Below, piece after piece: positions 43,425 to 53,791 of a stretch of 64,000 bases of DNA (positions within the stretch are counted from its first letter, which is position 1; the number at the start of each line of letters is the position of its first letter). The position numbers and the translations under genes are program-made. This DNA comes from Haplodiscus bocki (lineage: Eukaryota), in contig OZ296651.1 of the NCBI GenBank assembly GCA_965655095.1, positions 117,738,001 through 117,802,000 on the forward strand, written 5' to 3'. The notes under the pieces are model-generated. The model did no database searches. It was not told the DNA's origin and saw only the letters and a program-made list of their open reading frames with translations.

Positions 43425-44164
43425 CCTTTGCGAACTATTTCAAGATTATCTGTTTCTTGCAGGTCAAAAGAAACAGATGTGAGTTTCACGAATCGGCATA
43501 GGCATCAATTACCGCGAGCTCCATGAAGATAACTTGATGATTAGGAAGTCCGTCGGTGTTTTAACACCGCGTGAATATTTGTAATGCGGTCATTTCTGTC
43601 ATGATTTGGTGTTATTGTTTAATTGCACTATTTGTGCTGCCATATGGTTTTTAAATGTAAAAAATGAATTGGCAATATTGCATTCATTTAGTTGAACTAT
43701 GATTTTACATTTGATGATGTTATTTGAAGCTGAACGCTTTTTTGGCATTTTGTTTATATCCTTTTGGCATGCAGGTTTTTTTACTGGAATCTGTTGTAAA
43801 TTGTTTTGTTTTTGGAAATAGAAATAGTTCAGAGGAAATTCAGTTTAATGTACTATCTGTGTTTCAATTTATATGTTTTCGGTATGCGACCAATTTTTGA
43901 CTTGGAGTGGAAAACTGTTTTGAGGACACACCCGATAAATGACTGCAGATTCAGTTGATTCCAGACAAAGTGTACCATAGACGGGACTGAAGAGTTGCTA
44001 GGCTTTAATAAAAAAACGGATTTTCTAAAGTTTTCTTTCATCAAAAATTTTTCTTTGTTCATTGGGCGTTTTCCGTTTGAGAGAAATCAGACTGCAAATC
44101 TTGACTTGTGTTTTTTATCGTGTACTTCCTCGTTTGAAACACATCCTTTTGCATTTTTTAAGAA

Positions 44165-45157
44165 ATGAATAGACAAGTAACTGTTGCTGAAGTTACAGGC
44201 GAAGGTTTCCTGCGCAACAGCCAGAACACTGTAATAAGGGGGATAGTTTTGGTTCTGAAAAAAAGTGATCGGCCACTTCAGTTGTTTAGACCTCAAGCTA
44301 CAAAATTGAAACGACCACTTCCTGAAGGGACATATGACAGAATGGCTATTATTGGTCAATGGAATAGTAAAGATTGTTTTGTCGTCATCTCAGTTTCCGC
44401 GCAGAAGTCTGCTAAACTGTTTTCGGATCGTCATCTGACTGTTGGTTCTGTTGTAGAGGTTACAGAGCCTATATATTCGAACACGTGTTTAGGGAATGAC
44501 AAAAATAATCCGATTATTGAAACTCATCAGGCGATCGTTGTTATCAATAACGTAAGCAATGAGGATTTTCCGCCAATTCCAATTATTTCCCTACCGAGCA
44601 CGCCCGCAATGTTCCATTACACTCTCAACAGTAGAAATTTGTTGTTTTTGCATGGAAACATTATATCACCTACGTGTTCTGGAAGTATGTGCGACCGTCG
44701 TATTCTCAGAAATGAAACGGTGTGCGCTTGCTTACACAAGAATTCAGTTTCGTCGTGGACTGTCGCCGCACGCATCATTTCTAGGGACGTGGAAGAAGAA
44801 GCGGACGATCCCCTGAGCGGAGACATGACCCAAAGTCATCAGTTGGCATCGTTCTTTTGCAGCAATGACGTTCTTCGATTGCCAGCTAGCTCGGTTGAAT
44901 TGAATCTGTTGCGTGAATCAATGACTAGGGTGACAGCATATGTCAACGATAATGGTGGTTGGAGAATATCTGGCTACAGCAAATCCAGTGTCAGTGATGA
45001 GTCAATTACTCAAGCTGTTCATCATGTGCGAATTTGTCGTCTTATGCCAGCTTCGGTAATCCCGAACAACTTGAAGTACACTATTGGTAATGCTCGGCAA
45101 CCGCCCAATCGGCCACCTCCACTACAGCATGCCAACCCGAATGTTCAGCACGATTGA
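44165..45157 (+). CDS. Conserved 330-aa accessory protein, copy 2
   Basis: One amino-acid difference (V->A) from 27073-28065. Confidence 0.8.
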   Translation: MNRQVTVAEVTGEGFLRNSQNTVIRGIVLVLKKSDRPLQLFRPQATKLKRPLPEGTYDRMAIIGQWNSKDCFVVISVSAQKSAKLFSDRHLTVGSVVEVTEPIYSNTCLGNDKNNPIIETHQAIVVINNVSNEDFPPIPIISLPSTPAMFHYTLNSRNLLFLHGNIISPTCSGSMCDRRILRNETVCACLHKNSVSSWTVAARIISRDVEEEADDPLSGDMTQSHQLASFFCSNDVLRLPASSVELNLLRESMTRVTAYVNDNGGWRISGYSKSSVSDESITQAVHHVRICRLMPASVIPNNLKYTIGNARQPPNRPPPLQHANPNVQHD

Positions 45158-46304
45158 TTTGTTATGGATGTTTCAAAATCCCCTACGGATATGTGCTTTT
45201 TGAAGTCGAATGAGAATGAACATATAGAAGGATGTTCCTTTTTGAAAGTTTCACATCTATTGTTATTCTGTAGTGCCGTCGATGAATTCAACGCAGTTGC
45301 CTTAGCAACTCAACTTTACATGGTCTCTTTTACATTTAAACCTTCTTTCCACAAACTTTACAATGAAACAAACAACTGTTTTTCTCTCACCTAAATAAAT
45401 CTTGTTTCGTTATGGCAGTACCCTGCATTATTCTCTGTAAAGTAGTTCGATTTACTTCAATAATCCACGTTGAAGGTTTTATGAAATTTTCACTACGCTT
45501 TTCAATGTTAGTAAAGCACTATGGAAGTAATTTTCTTAAGTCAGTGGCCTCTCAATAATGATGCTATCATTAGTATTAGAAGATATATTTGCTCCAATTT
45601 GTCAAGATATTGATAAATTTAACGTACTCAAATTAGATAGGAACTTTTGGTTCGCGATTTGCCTCGTGTTCAAATAGTTTACTCATAAAGTTGGAGGAAC
45701 AAATGAAAATACTTTGAAAGTGTTCAAAGTTCTAAAAGAGATTCACTGTGAATAGCAACGATTTATAGTTTGCATGAGCCGTGAAGTCATTTCGATGTCC
45801 CAAGTCAGTGGTACGCTCACAGAAGTCTATGTTGTCTTTGTTCAAAATGTCGCAGTGATTAAACGGAGATGAAATTCTCGTTTAAAATAAGACAGTAAAG
45901 AAGGTTGAGCGAATTTTGCAGTGTGTGAGCCTCGTTTTGCTATGTAGACATATCGATCTTTTAGGATCATTTATAAATGGGAAAACGTGTAGGAGCTTTG
46001 AAATTTTTCATAAACAGCTGTTTTGAGTTTTATGTTTCTTCTCAAAATTTAATTGTTATTTTTGGACCTGGTTTTTTCAATAGGAGTTGGAAAAAATTCT
46101 TTTACTCAGGGGTTTTTCTTTGATAAAGTCGGATCTATTTTTCCGTTTTGGCTATTGTTGTTCATTTCTTGAACGGTTTTAGCTTCTGTTCTGTTGAGAT
46201 TGAGAGTTAATTTTTTTTACTTTTATGACAAAACTCCATTTCAGTTGGTGTCCACAGATACCTATCCAACATTCACTGGGCCTCTCTAGCGAACGGTACC
46301 TTTG

Positions 46305-46321
46305 CCTCCACTGGGTGGTCA
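46305..46321 (+). repeat. 17-bp unit junction J5
   Basis: Exact CCTCCACTGGGTGGTCA; identity between the two A copies and their right flanks stops a few bases after it. Confidence 0.95.
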
Positions 46322-47352
46322 GGGGATTGCGCCCCACATAGGTCCTCGCGAGGCGGGGGAGGGGCCCCTTTGCCTCGCGTTAAAATATAGGAAATAACAA
46401 ATACGCACTTACGGTATAGGGAATGTGCGATCTCAGCTCCCACCCATACGATTTGGATCAAACTTTGCATGCGGACATAACTTTCAATTCTAAGAACAAT
46501 GGTGCAAGTTAGATCATTTTAGCAAAAATGGTTGGGGAGTTATGACGGGATGATTCTGTTTTTTGGCCTCATTTTGCAGTTTTTTACCGACAGCCCTGCA
46601 AGTAACCAGATGCATTTGGCCGAAACTTTTCGTGTGAAGCAGAATAACTAAGGGCTACACGCATGCAAGAAATTTTCTACCAACTCGTCATAGGTGTTGA
46701 GATATGACGGATCAAATTTGGAAAAAAATGCCGAAAATCGACCATTTCGTCATAGCTCCCACATTGAAGTGCATAGTTTGCCCTCTGGAGTGGCTCCAGT
46801 ATGAAATCAACTCCATAACTTGAAAGACAATTTTCCGAAGATGAAAAATTTTCGGCCACTTTGCCGAAAGAAATGACGGTTATGACGAAATTTTCGAAAA
46901 AAATATTAAAAATTTCCAAAAACTCAGTTTTGATTGTAGAATTCATATCTGGCAAATGTTTTGTCCAACTTTCCCCCAAATTTTTCTTACTGCATAGTTT
47001 TTTTGAATTTTAACCTTTTTTGTGGGTTGAAGTATTGAAATTTTCTGGAAAAACAATCATAATTTGGCCCAAAATTTAAAAAAAAAAATTTCGAAATTCA
47101 AATTGTTAATTGCCCCGCCCCGTTGTTTCGTAGATTAGCGAAGCGACACGGAGAAACAACGGGGCCAAACTGTTCGGAAGCTTCGTCTTCAATGTCCTGT
47201 CGATTTCAATGAAGATTTCACAGGCTCAATTTCAATGCATTAAACAGGCATTTGCAAAACTCATTACTGTGTTCGAAGAAAAGACTATCAGTAATGTATC
47301 ATATTTCAGAGGTGCTTCTCCAGTGACCGCCACCTGGTGATTTTCACCGGTG
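46305..47352 (+). mobile_element. Short non-autonomous unit, gamma type (1,048 bp)
   Basis: Diverged, but keeps head motifs (CGAGGCGGGGGAGGGGCCCC, CGATCTC, GAGTTATGACG, ATGACGGTTATGACG at 46873), the hairpin at 47117-47165 and a beta-like tail hairpin. Confidence 0.8.
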
Positions 47353-47369
47353 CCTCCACTGGGTGGTCA
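47353..47369 (+). repeat. 17-bp unit junction J6
   Basis: Exact CCTCCACTGGGTGGTCA. Confidence 0.95.
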
Positions 47370-48410
47370 CGCTTTTTAGCCACACAAAACATTTGCGAGG
47401 CGGGGTAGGGGCCCCTGTGCCGAGCTTCATAAATCAAGTTTACACCTAACCGGACCCCCCCGAAAAGGAGACGATCTCGAAACCTAACCATACGATTTTG
47501 ATGAAACTTTGCATGTGGATAGAGTCTGCCGATGTATGAACATTTTTGGCACTTACATCATTTTTTTTCTTTTGGTTGGGGAGATATGACGCAATGATCC
47601 TGTTTTTTGGCAGGTTTCGATGTTTTTCCCGCAATATCTCCACACTTTACCCATAGCATTGGACCCTAATTTTTTGTGTGAAGCACATTTGCTGTTAACT
47701 ACCTACATGCCAAAATTTTTGGCCAGGGCCTTTTGCCCTAGGAGATAAGACCTTTCAAATTTGTCAAAAAGAGGCCAAAATCGAGCATTTTGTCATTTCT
47801 CCCAGGTTGATGTTAAAAAAGTGATGTGAGCTTTCGTCACAACGTGACGGGACCTGTGTCAAATGAAAGATAATTTTCCGACGAAAAAACAGTTTTGGTC
47901 AAATTGCCGAAAATAATGACGGTTATGACGAAATTTCCGAAAAAAAAAATAAAAAATTCCCAAAAAATTAATTTTTGACTGCAGAATTAATCCCGATGAT
48001 CATTTGCGCGATTTCTTCGCCCAAAATCTTCCTCCCATCCGAAAGGGGTCAAGATCAACTAGAAAGTTCACGTAGAACAGTTTTCCGAAAGTTTTCTCGA
48101 ACATCACACAAACGGTTGAAAAACCTACAAAGAAAGGACAAAAATCGAGAATCAAATTTCACATCACCTTCGCCCCGTTTTTCCGTAGATTAGCGCAGCG
48201 TTTCTGAGGAATAACGGGGCAAAAAGGATTTCCACTTTTCTTTACTTTATCTACTTTTTTAAGTTTTTATGACAGAAGTCTCTAAAAATGTAGTTTTTGA
48301 CTCAAACTGGGGAAAGTACCTAACATGGAACGTTTCATAGGAACAGTGAAAGTGCATACATTGGCACAAAAAAATAACCAGTGGCCGCCAACTGGTGAAT
48401 TTCACCGTTG
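47353..48410 (+). mobile_element. Short non-autonomous unit, beta type, copy 2 (1,058 bp)
   Basis: Homologous end to end with 30240-31297, but with many more substitutions than between the two A copies. Confidence 0.85.
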
Positions 48411-48427
48411 CCTCCACTGGGTGGTCA
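48411..48427 (+). repeat. 17-bp unit junction J7
   Basis: Exact CCTCCACTGGGTGGTCA. Confidence 0.95.
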
Positions 48428-49736
48428 AGCTTTTTAGCGACACAAAACTGTTACGAGGCGGGGGAGGGGCCCCTGTGCCGAGTTTCATAAATCAAGTTTA
48501 CACCTAACCGGACCCCCCCGAAAAGGACACGATCTCGAAACCTAACCATACGATTTTGATCAAACTTTCCATGTGGATAGAGTCTGCCGATGTATGAAAA
48601 TTTTTGGCACTTACATCATTTTGTTTCTTTTCGTTGGGGAGATATGACGCAATGATCCTGTTTTTTGGCAGGTTTCGATGTTTTTTTCGCTATATCTCCA
48701 CACTTTAACCATAGCATTGGACCCAATTTTTTGTGTGAAGCACAATTGCTGTGGACTACCTACATGCCAAAAATTTTTGGCCAGGGCCTTTTGCCCTCGG
48801 AGATATGACCTTTCAAAGTTGTCAAAAATAGGCCAAAATCGAGCATTTTGTCATTTCTCCCACGTTGATGTTAAAAAAGTGATGTGAGCTTTCGTCACAA
48901 CGTGACGGGACCTGTGTCAAATGAAAAAAAAATTTCCGACAAAAAAACAGTTTTGGTCAAAATAATGACGGTTATGACGATTTTTTGTGGAGGAAAAAAA
49001 ACAGGTAAAAAGTCAGTTTCTCCTCTACTTCATCTGAAATCCGTCAACTTTTTGAAAGCGGGAATGAAGCTTTGCTGAAATTTCATACTCAACTATTAGG
49101 CTGGGAAACTGTCGGTAACACAAGTTTTAACTTGGGCCAATTCAAGGAAACTCGCTGCAGTTTTTTTCTTTCAATTCCAAATTATTTGTAATAGAAATTG
49201 TGAAGATTATCTTATGGTTATACATAACTGTAGCAACTTTTTTTTTGTCTCAGCGGACATTGAATTAGATTTGAGGTGCCTAGTTACAAGAAGCTGCACA
49301 AACTTTTTTCTGAATGACCCATTGAATTTTTAATGAACATTATACGTACCAACAACAGAAAACAACTTAAACTGTGCTAAATAAAGTTCACTAGTAATAC
49401 AAAGTGAAATCTCAGTTTAACTGCAAATGAATGGTAGCAACCCTTGAAAATTCAATTGAATGCACGTAGAAAAAATGCACTTCATGACAACTCACTTTTT
49501 CTTAAACGACAATTGATCTTTTAATTTTGGGCAAACACCTTACGGTCGAATGCCTTGTGATAGTCGATGTTGCATGCAAACAACTTTCGGTAGCTTGCTG
49601 AATGATTCATTGCACCTTGTTTTAATTGTCTCTAATACCTGTGTTGAGCCTGTAATTAATTTGTAACTGTAGTAAAAACTATCACAACAGTGATTGATAT
49701 AAGATTTGTTTGAGTTTTGTTGGTTCAATGAAGTGT

Positions 49737-50750
49737 TCATCTCATGTTTTTTGCATTGTCACTTGCCGGCAAACTTGCGTTAGCGTGAAAAAGGCGTGGT
49801 GGCTGGTTTGTATCGTCTCCAGTCCAGGGAATTACATTGTACTTCAAGTTCACAGGGATCTCACTCGCTGGAGTGATCCGACAAATTCTTACCCTTTGAA
49901 CATTTTGGGCAATGTTTTCTTCTGTCAAAGCAGTTTTGTAGAAGCCTGACACTCTCCATCCACCATTGTTATTAACATGGTTAGCAACACGCATGACAGC
50001 TTCTCTCAAAAGTCCCCTGTCAATTGATGTGTATGCCGATCTAATGATAGCTTCCTCACAAAAAAGTTTGGTCAAAGACAAACTTTGCAGAATATCCCCT
50101 GTTAGAGGATCATCGTCTTCGTTCAATATGTCCTGACTAATTACCCTTGCTGACATTACCCATGCCGACAACGTCGATTTTTGCAAACATGCACAAATGC
50201 TTTCGTTTTTTCTATTTCTTCTGTCGCACAAAAAACCTGAACAAGTCGGAAACACAGGAATTGCGTGCATAAACGAAAGGAGTCGATGTGGGAGACAGAA
50301 GTGGAACATTGCACCCGTCGAGGGATTCAAATCGATAGGAACAGGCTCCATTGGCAGGTCGTCGGTAACTACCTCTAACGGAAGAGACACGTTGAAAATT
50401 GGATTGGTTCGATCGTTACCAAGGCAGGAGTTGGAAAATATTGCTTCTTTCACATCAACGATGGCACCAATAGTTAATTTTCGGTCAGCAAAAAGGAGTG
50501 AACTTTTCTGCGCAGAATCGGCTATTACTGCAAAGCATTCTCGCGTTTCCATTTCGCCGATGATGATTAGGCGATCATAGTTTGTGTCAGGGGTCAGTCT
50601 TTTAGCTTTTACAGTTTGCGGTCGAAATAACTGTAGGGGACGATCAAATTTTTTAAAAACCAAAACAACACCTCGGATATATGTGTTCTCACTGTTGCGC
50701 AAGAAGTTGGGAGCAGTTATTTGGGCCGTATTTACACGGGTGGTCATCAT
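49737..50750 (-). CDS. Conserved ~337-aa accessory protein of family B (homolog of the 330-aa family A protein)
   Basis: Open ORF 49737-50768; ATG at 50750/50747 aligns with the family A start; shared motifs over the whole length. Confidence 0.8.
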   Translation of the reverse strand: MMTTRVNTAQITAPNFLRNSENTYIRGVVLVFKKFDRPLQLFRPQTVKAKRLTPDTNYDRLIIIGEMETRECFAVIADSAQKSSLLFADRKLTIGAIVDVKEAIFSNSCLGNDRTNPIFNVSLPLEVVTDDLPMEPVPIDLNPSTGAMFHFCLPHRLLSFMHAIPVFPTCSGFLCDRRNRKNESICACLQKSTLSAWVMSARVISQDILNEDDDPLTGDILQSLSLTKLFCEEAIIRSAYTSIDRGLLREAVMRVANHVNNNGGWRVSGFYKTALTEENIAQNVQRVRICRITPASEIPVNLKYNVIPWTGDDTNQPPRLFHANASLPASDNAKNMR

Positions 50751-52091
50751 CTGGAACAATCTCTTCAAGCATCATCTTACACAACGCGGTTTACACAATG
50801 ACATTTTTTTAACCTATTCAGGACGCAGAACTAAGTGTTCTCAATAAACAAAACAAAGAAGATGAAGTTGAACATGATCAAATACAACTTCATTAATTTT
50901 CCACGTTTCAGTGAGAATTGTTAGTATACATTAAAAGGTTCGATATTAAAGTTGTTGCTCTTTTTTTACATTGAAAAAATTTACATGATTATTTACATGA
51001 TGCCACGCAAAAGGTGGAACTGACTTTTTTCAACTTTTTTTTTCACGTTTCAACGGTCTGAAAGTTCAGTCAATAGTAAATGAGGGGTATGTTTGGTCTT
51101 AATTACATTCTTCAACGAACTTTCACTGAACAATCATGGCTGCAAATGCAAATGAAAAGAGTATACGTATTGAAAACGTGTTAACTCAGGATAAAATTGA
51201 AGTTCTTTGTGGTAACCAGTCTAACATGAAACTAAAATCTTTTGAAAATTGATTAATTCATTGCACAGACAATGATAGCAACTTGAAAGAAATGAAACAA
51301 TCGACAGTTTTTTGACTTAAACAAATGAAGTTGAATCGAAGCTACATAAAACGATATTTCAGGGGAAGTAATCTACGGAATGTTCCATTTCAATGAGAGT
51401 TTCAATAAGGTACAAAAAATTAACAGAAATAAAAACAACGCCGAACAAAAAGCAACATTCAAGGGTTTAGCAGTATCCATGGGTTTAGCAGTATTCACTT
51501 TATGGAGAAACGTATGTGAAAGAAACTAGCATACATAAAAAACAACGCAACATACCAAATTCAAAGGTTTACCGGATTAAAATGACATTTACTCAAAAAA
51601 TCATTGAATTTTGTTGAGAAGTTACAAAAAAATAAAAACTCAGATCACTTTATAGTCGATTCCAATTGTATGCACAGTAAAACAACCAATATCTCCTATT
51701 TGTTTGCTGCATGATAAAATAGGAATATCTGGTTAATCGAATATGCCGAAGGAAGCCTTCAAAACCTTGGTCGTCCAGGTTTCCCACAACACTTTTATTT
51801 CTTTTTCAGTTGGAAATTGATGTGATTGCTTTCAGAACCCCAGTCGACATTGAGCAGGTGTACGTATTCTGCGACGCTCTGTTAAAAGAGTGGGCATTAA
51901 ACAATTACAATTGATCACAATTTTGTCGACCACATTATGAAAACTTTTCAGTCAACTTTGATATTTTAAAAGAAACTAAGAAGAAAGAAAACAAACACGC
52001 CATTACCAAAAAATCTAACACAGGGTACCATGTTAGAGACTGCGTTCATTAATCAACAACTACTTCACGAAAGCTTTGTTACTTGTACTTA

Positions 52092-52859
52092 TCACAGGTC
52101 AGAAAAATGTGGTACAGTACCCAAAACTCTTTTTCTTAGAATGTACATCAAGTTGGAAACACCGTGACGAGATAAATGCACGCCATCCATCAAATTCCTC
52201 TCGGAGCTCATTTTGCTAGCCACCGACAAAAAATTGTATTGACCCGAAGAGTTTCTGAGTCCATCGTTCACCCTTTTGATATCTAGGAGGCAACGTTTGG
52301 ATCTCATGACAAGAGCCAGACAGTATACTGTGTAACACATTGGAGTGGCCAGACGCACGAGGTACATAATGTCTCGAACCACCTAAGATTTAACAAAATT
52401 TTTTGAGGTGAACATGCACTTCGTTTGATTTTGTCGAACTTTCTTCAAATTTTGGAGGAAAAAAAATGAAAATACTTTCAGTTTCATTTGACGCTCAGCT
52501 TTTTAATAGGAAAATTTTTTTCGCAGGGAAATATCACCTGCTTATCAATGCATGCACAATGCACCCTGATGTTGCAATGAGTATTTTCCTTAAAATGTTT
52601 TCAGTCGCGACCAACTTGACATTCTGTTGAACAAATCAATCACTTGCTCAGGAGTTTTTCCCCGCTGTCTGCCCCTGCTTGTAAGTGCATTTGCCCCGAT
52701 GAACAGAATGATTGATTCATAAAACGTTGTTAGGTTTCTTAAACAGTCAATTACCGGACGGCAAGATGCCGTGGCACCAGGGAAAAACTTCACTTCCAGG
52801 TTTTCGTGCTTCCTGACAAGTCTTCTGCCAAGAGAATCAGCTATGATAAGATGTCTGAT
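52092..52859 (-). CDS. Two-exon SGNH-hydrolase-like gene, family B copy 2 (exons 52859-52644 and 52382-52092); start codon changed ATG->ATC, possibly inactive
   Basis: IIADSL, FPGA, DGVHLS; donor GTGATT at 52643, acceptor TCTTAG ending at 52383. Confidence 0.65.
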
Positions 52860-53791
52860 TTAGATCTGCAGAACGTTGAAAAACAAAGACAAGGGGGGAC
52901 GACAAAAAAAACGACAATTAATGATTCCAACATCATAGGTACACTATGATGGAACACAGAAGATAAGTGTCATTAGCATTAAATTGGAGTATAAAACGCA
53001 AGAGCTGAAAATATCATTGTTCCAAAAGCTCTAAATATATATTTGCTCATTTGAGTGTGTGTGCTTTTTGGTATAGAAGTTTCACTAAGGTTTCACTAAA
53101 TGTTTCACCTTGCCGTCGAAACAGGAAGAAGTACAAGGCTTTTATCATACACTATCTGGGAGTATATCGTTATCAGGACAAACAAAAAAGAAAGTGTTCG
53201 ATAAGCATACGTTAAAAATGCAGTGCAAAAAGTTAAATTTTCTAATCAATCAACTTTACTAACAGTGGGCAATCAGGAACGTTCTTTGTTAAGGGGCAGT
53301 TTAAGAACACCTAATGTACCCATTTCAATGTTCCAAAAAGCATGTTGAAAGTGCAGCAAACTTTTTTTCCGCAAATGAATATTGTCGAGAAAGTTTTGTA
53401 TTAAACTTACTTAAACGTTGAACTCTATGGAAAACAGTACGTTGCCTAAATATTCTGTAGACTACTCTCAAAGACGTCACAAATCGAACAATTGAATTGT
53501 TGTAAATAGCAAAAGAAAAAACAATTAGAAATAACAAATTCAGCGTTCTTTAAACACAGCAAAAAGCAAAAACACACATACTAAAAACATTATACGTGCA
53601 CCTCTGGAAACCACCGGGGACATTGAAGATATACGTTGGAAGTTTAAAAATTCATTTCATGTGTTGAATAAATAATGAACTTCAGGTTTTTTTGTGAGAA
53701 AGCATTCACTTCGTCACATTTCACAGTCGGCGAAGCATTTGATAAGTAGTTTGTCAGTGTTTCTCTAAGGTATTAAAGTAATATGGGCTGA

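Larger units (their letters stand above)
31298..46304 (+). mobile_element. Helitron-like element, family A, copy 2 (15,007 bp)
   Basis: Near-identical to 14205-29212 with scattered substitutions and a 1-bp indel. Confidence 0.9.

Noticed and set aside
14205-48410. Simple 17.1-kb segmental duplication or assembly artefact
   Set aside because: The unit after each A copy differs (alpha vs gamma), the beta copies are much more diverged than the A copies, and the A copies differ by real substitutions.
14205-48427. 17-bp direct repeats as a CRISPR array
   Set aside because: Spacers are 1-15 kb and homologous to each other, no cas genes are present, and the context is eukaryotic.
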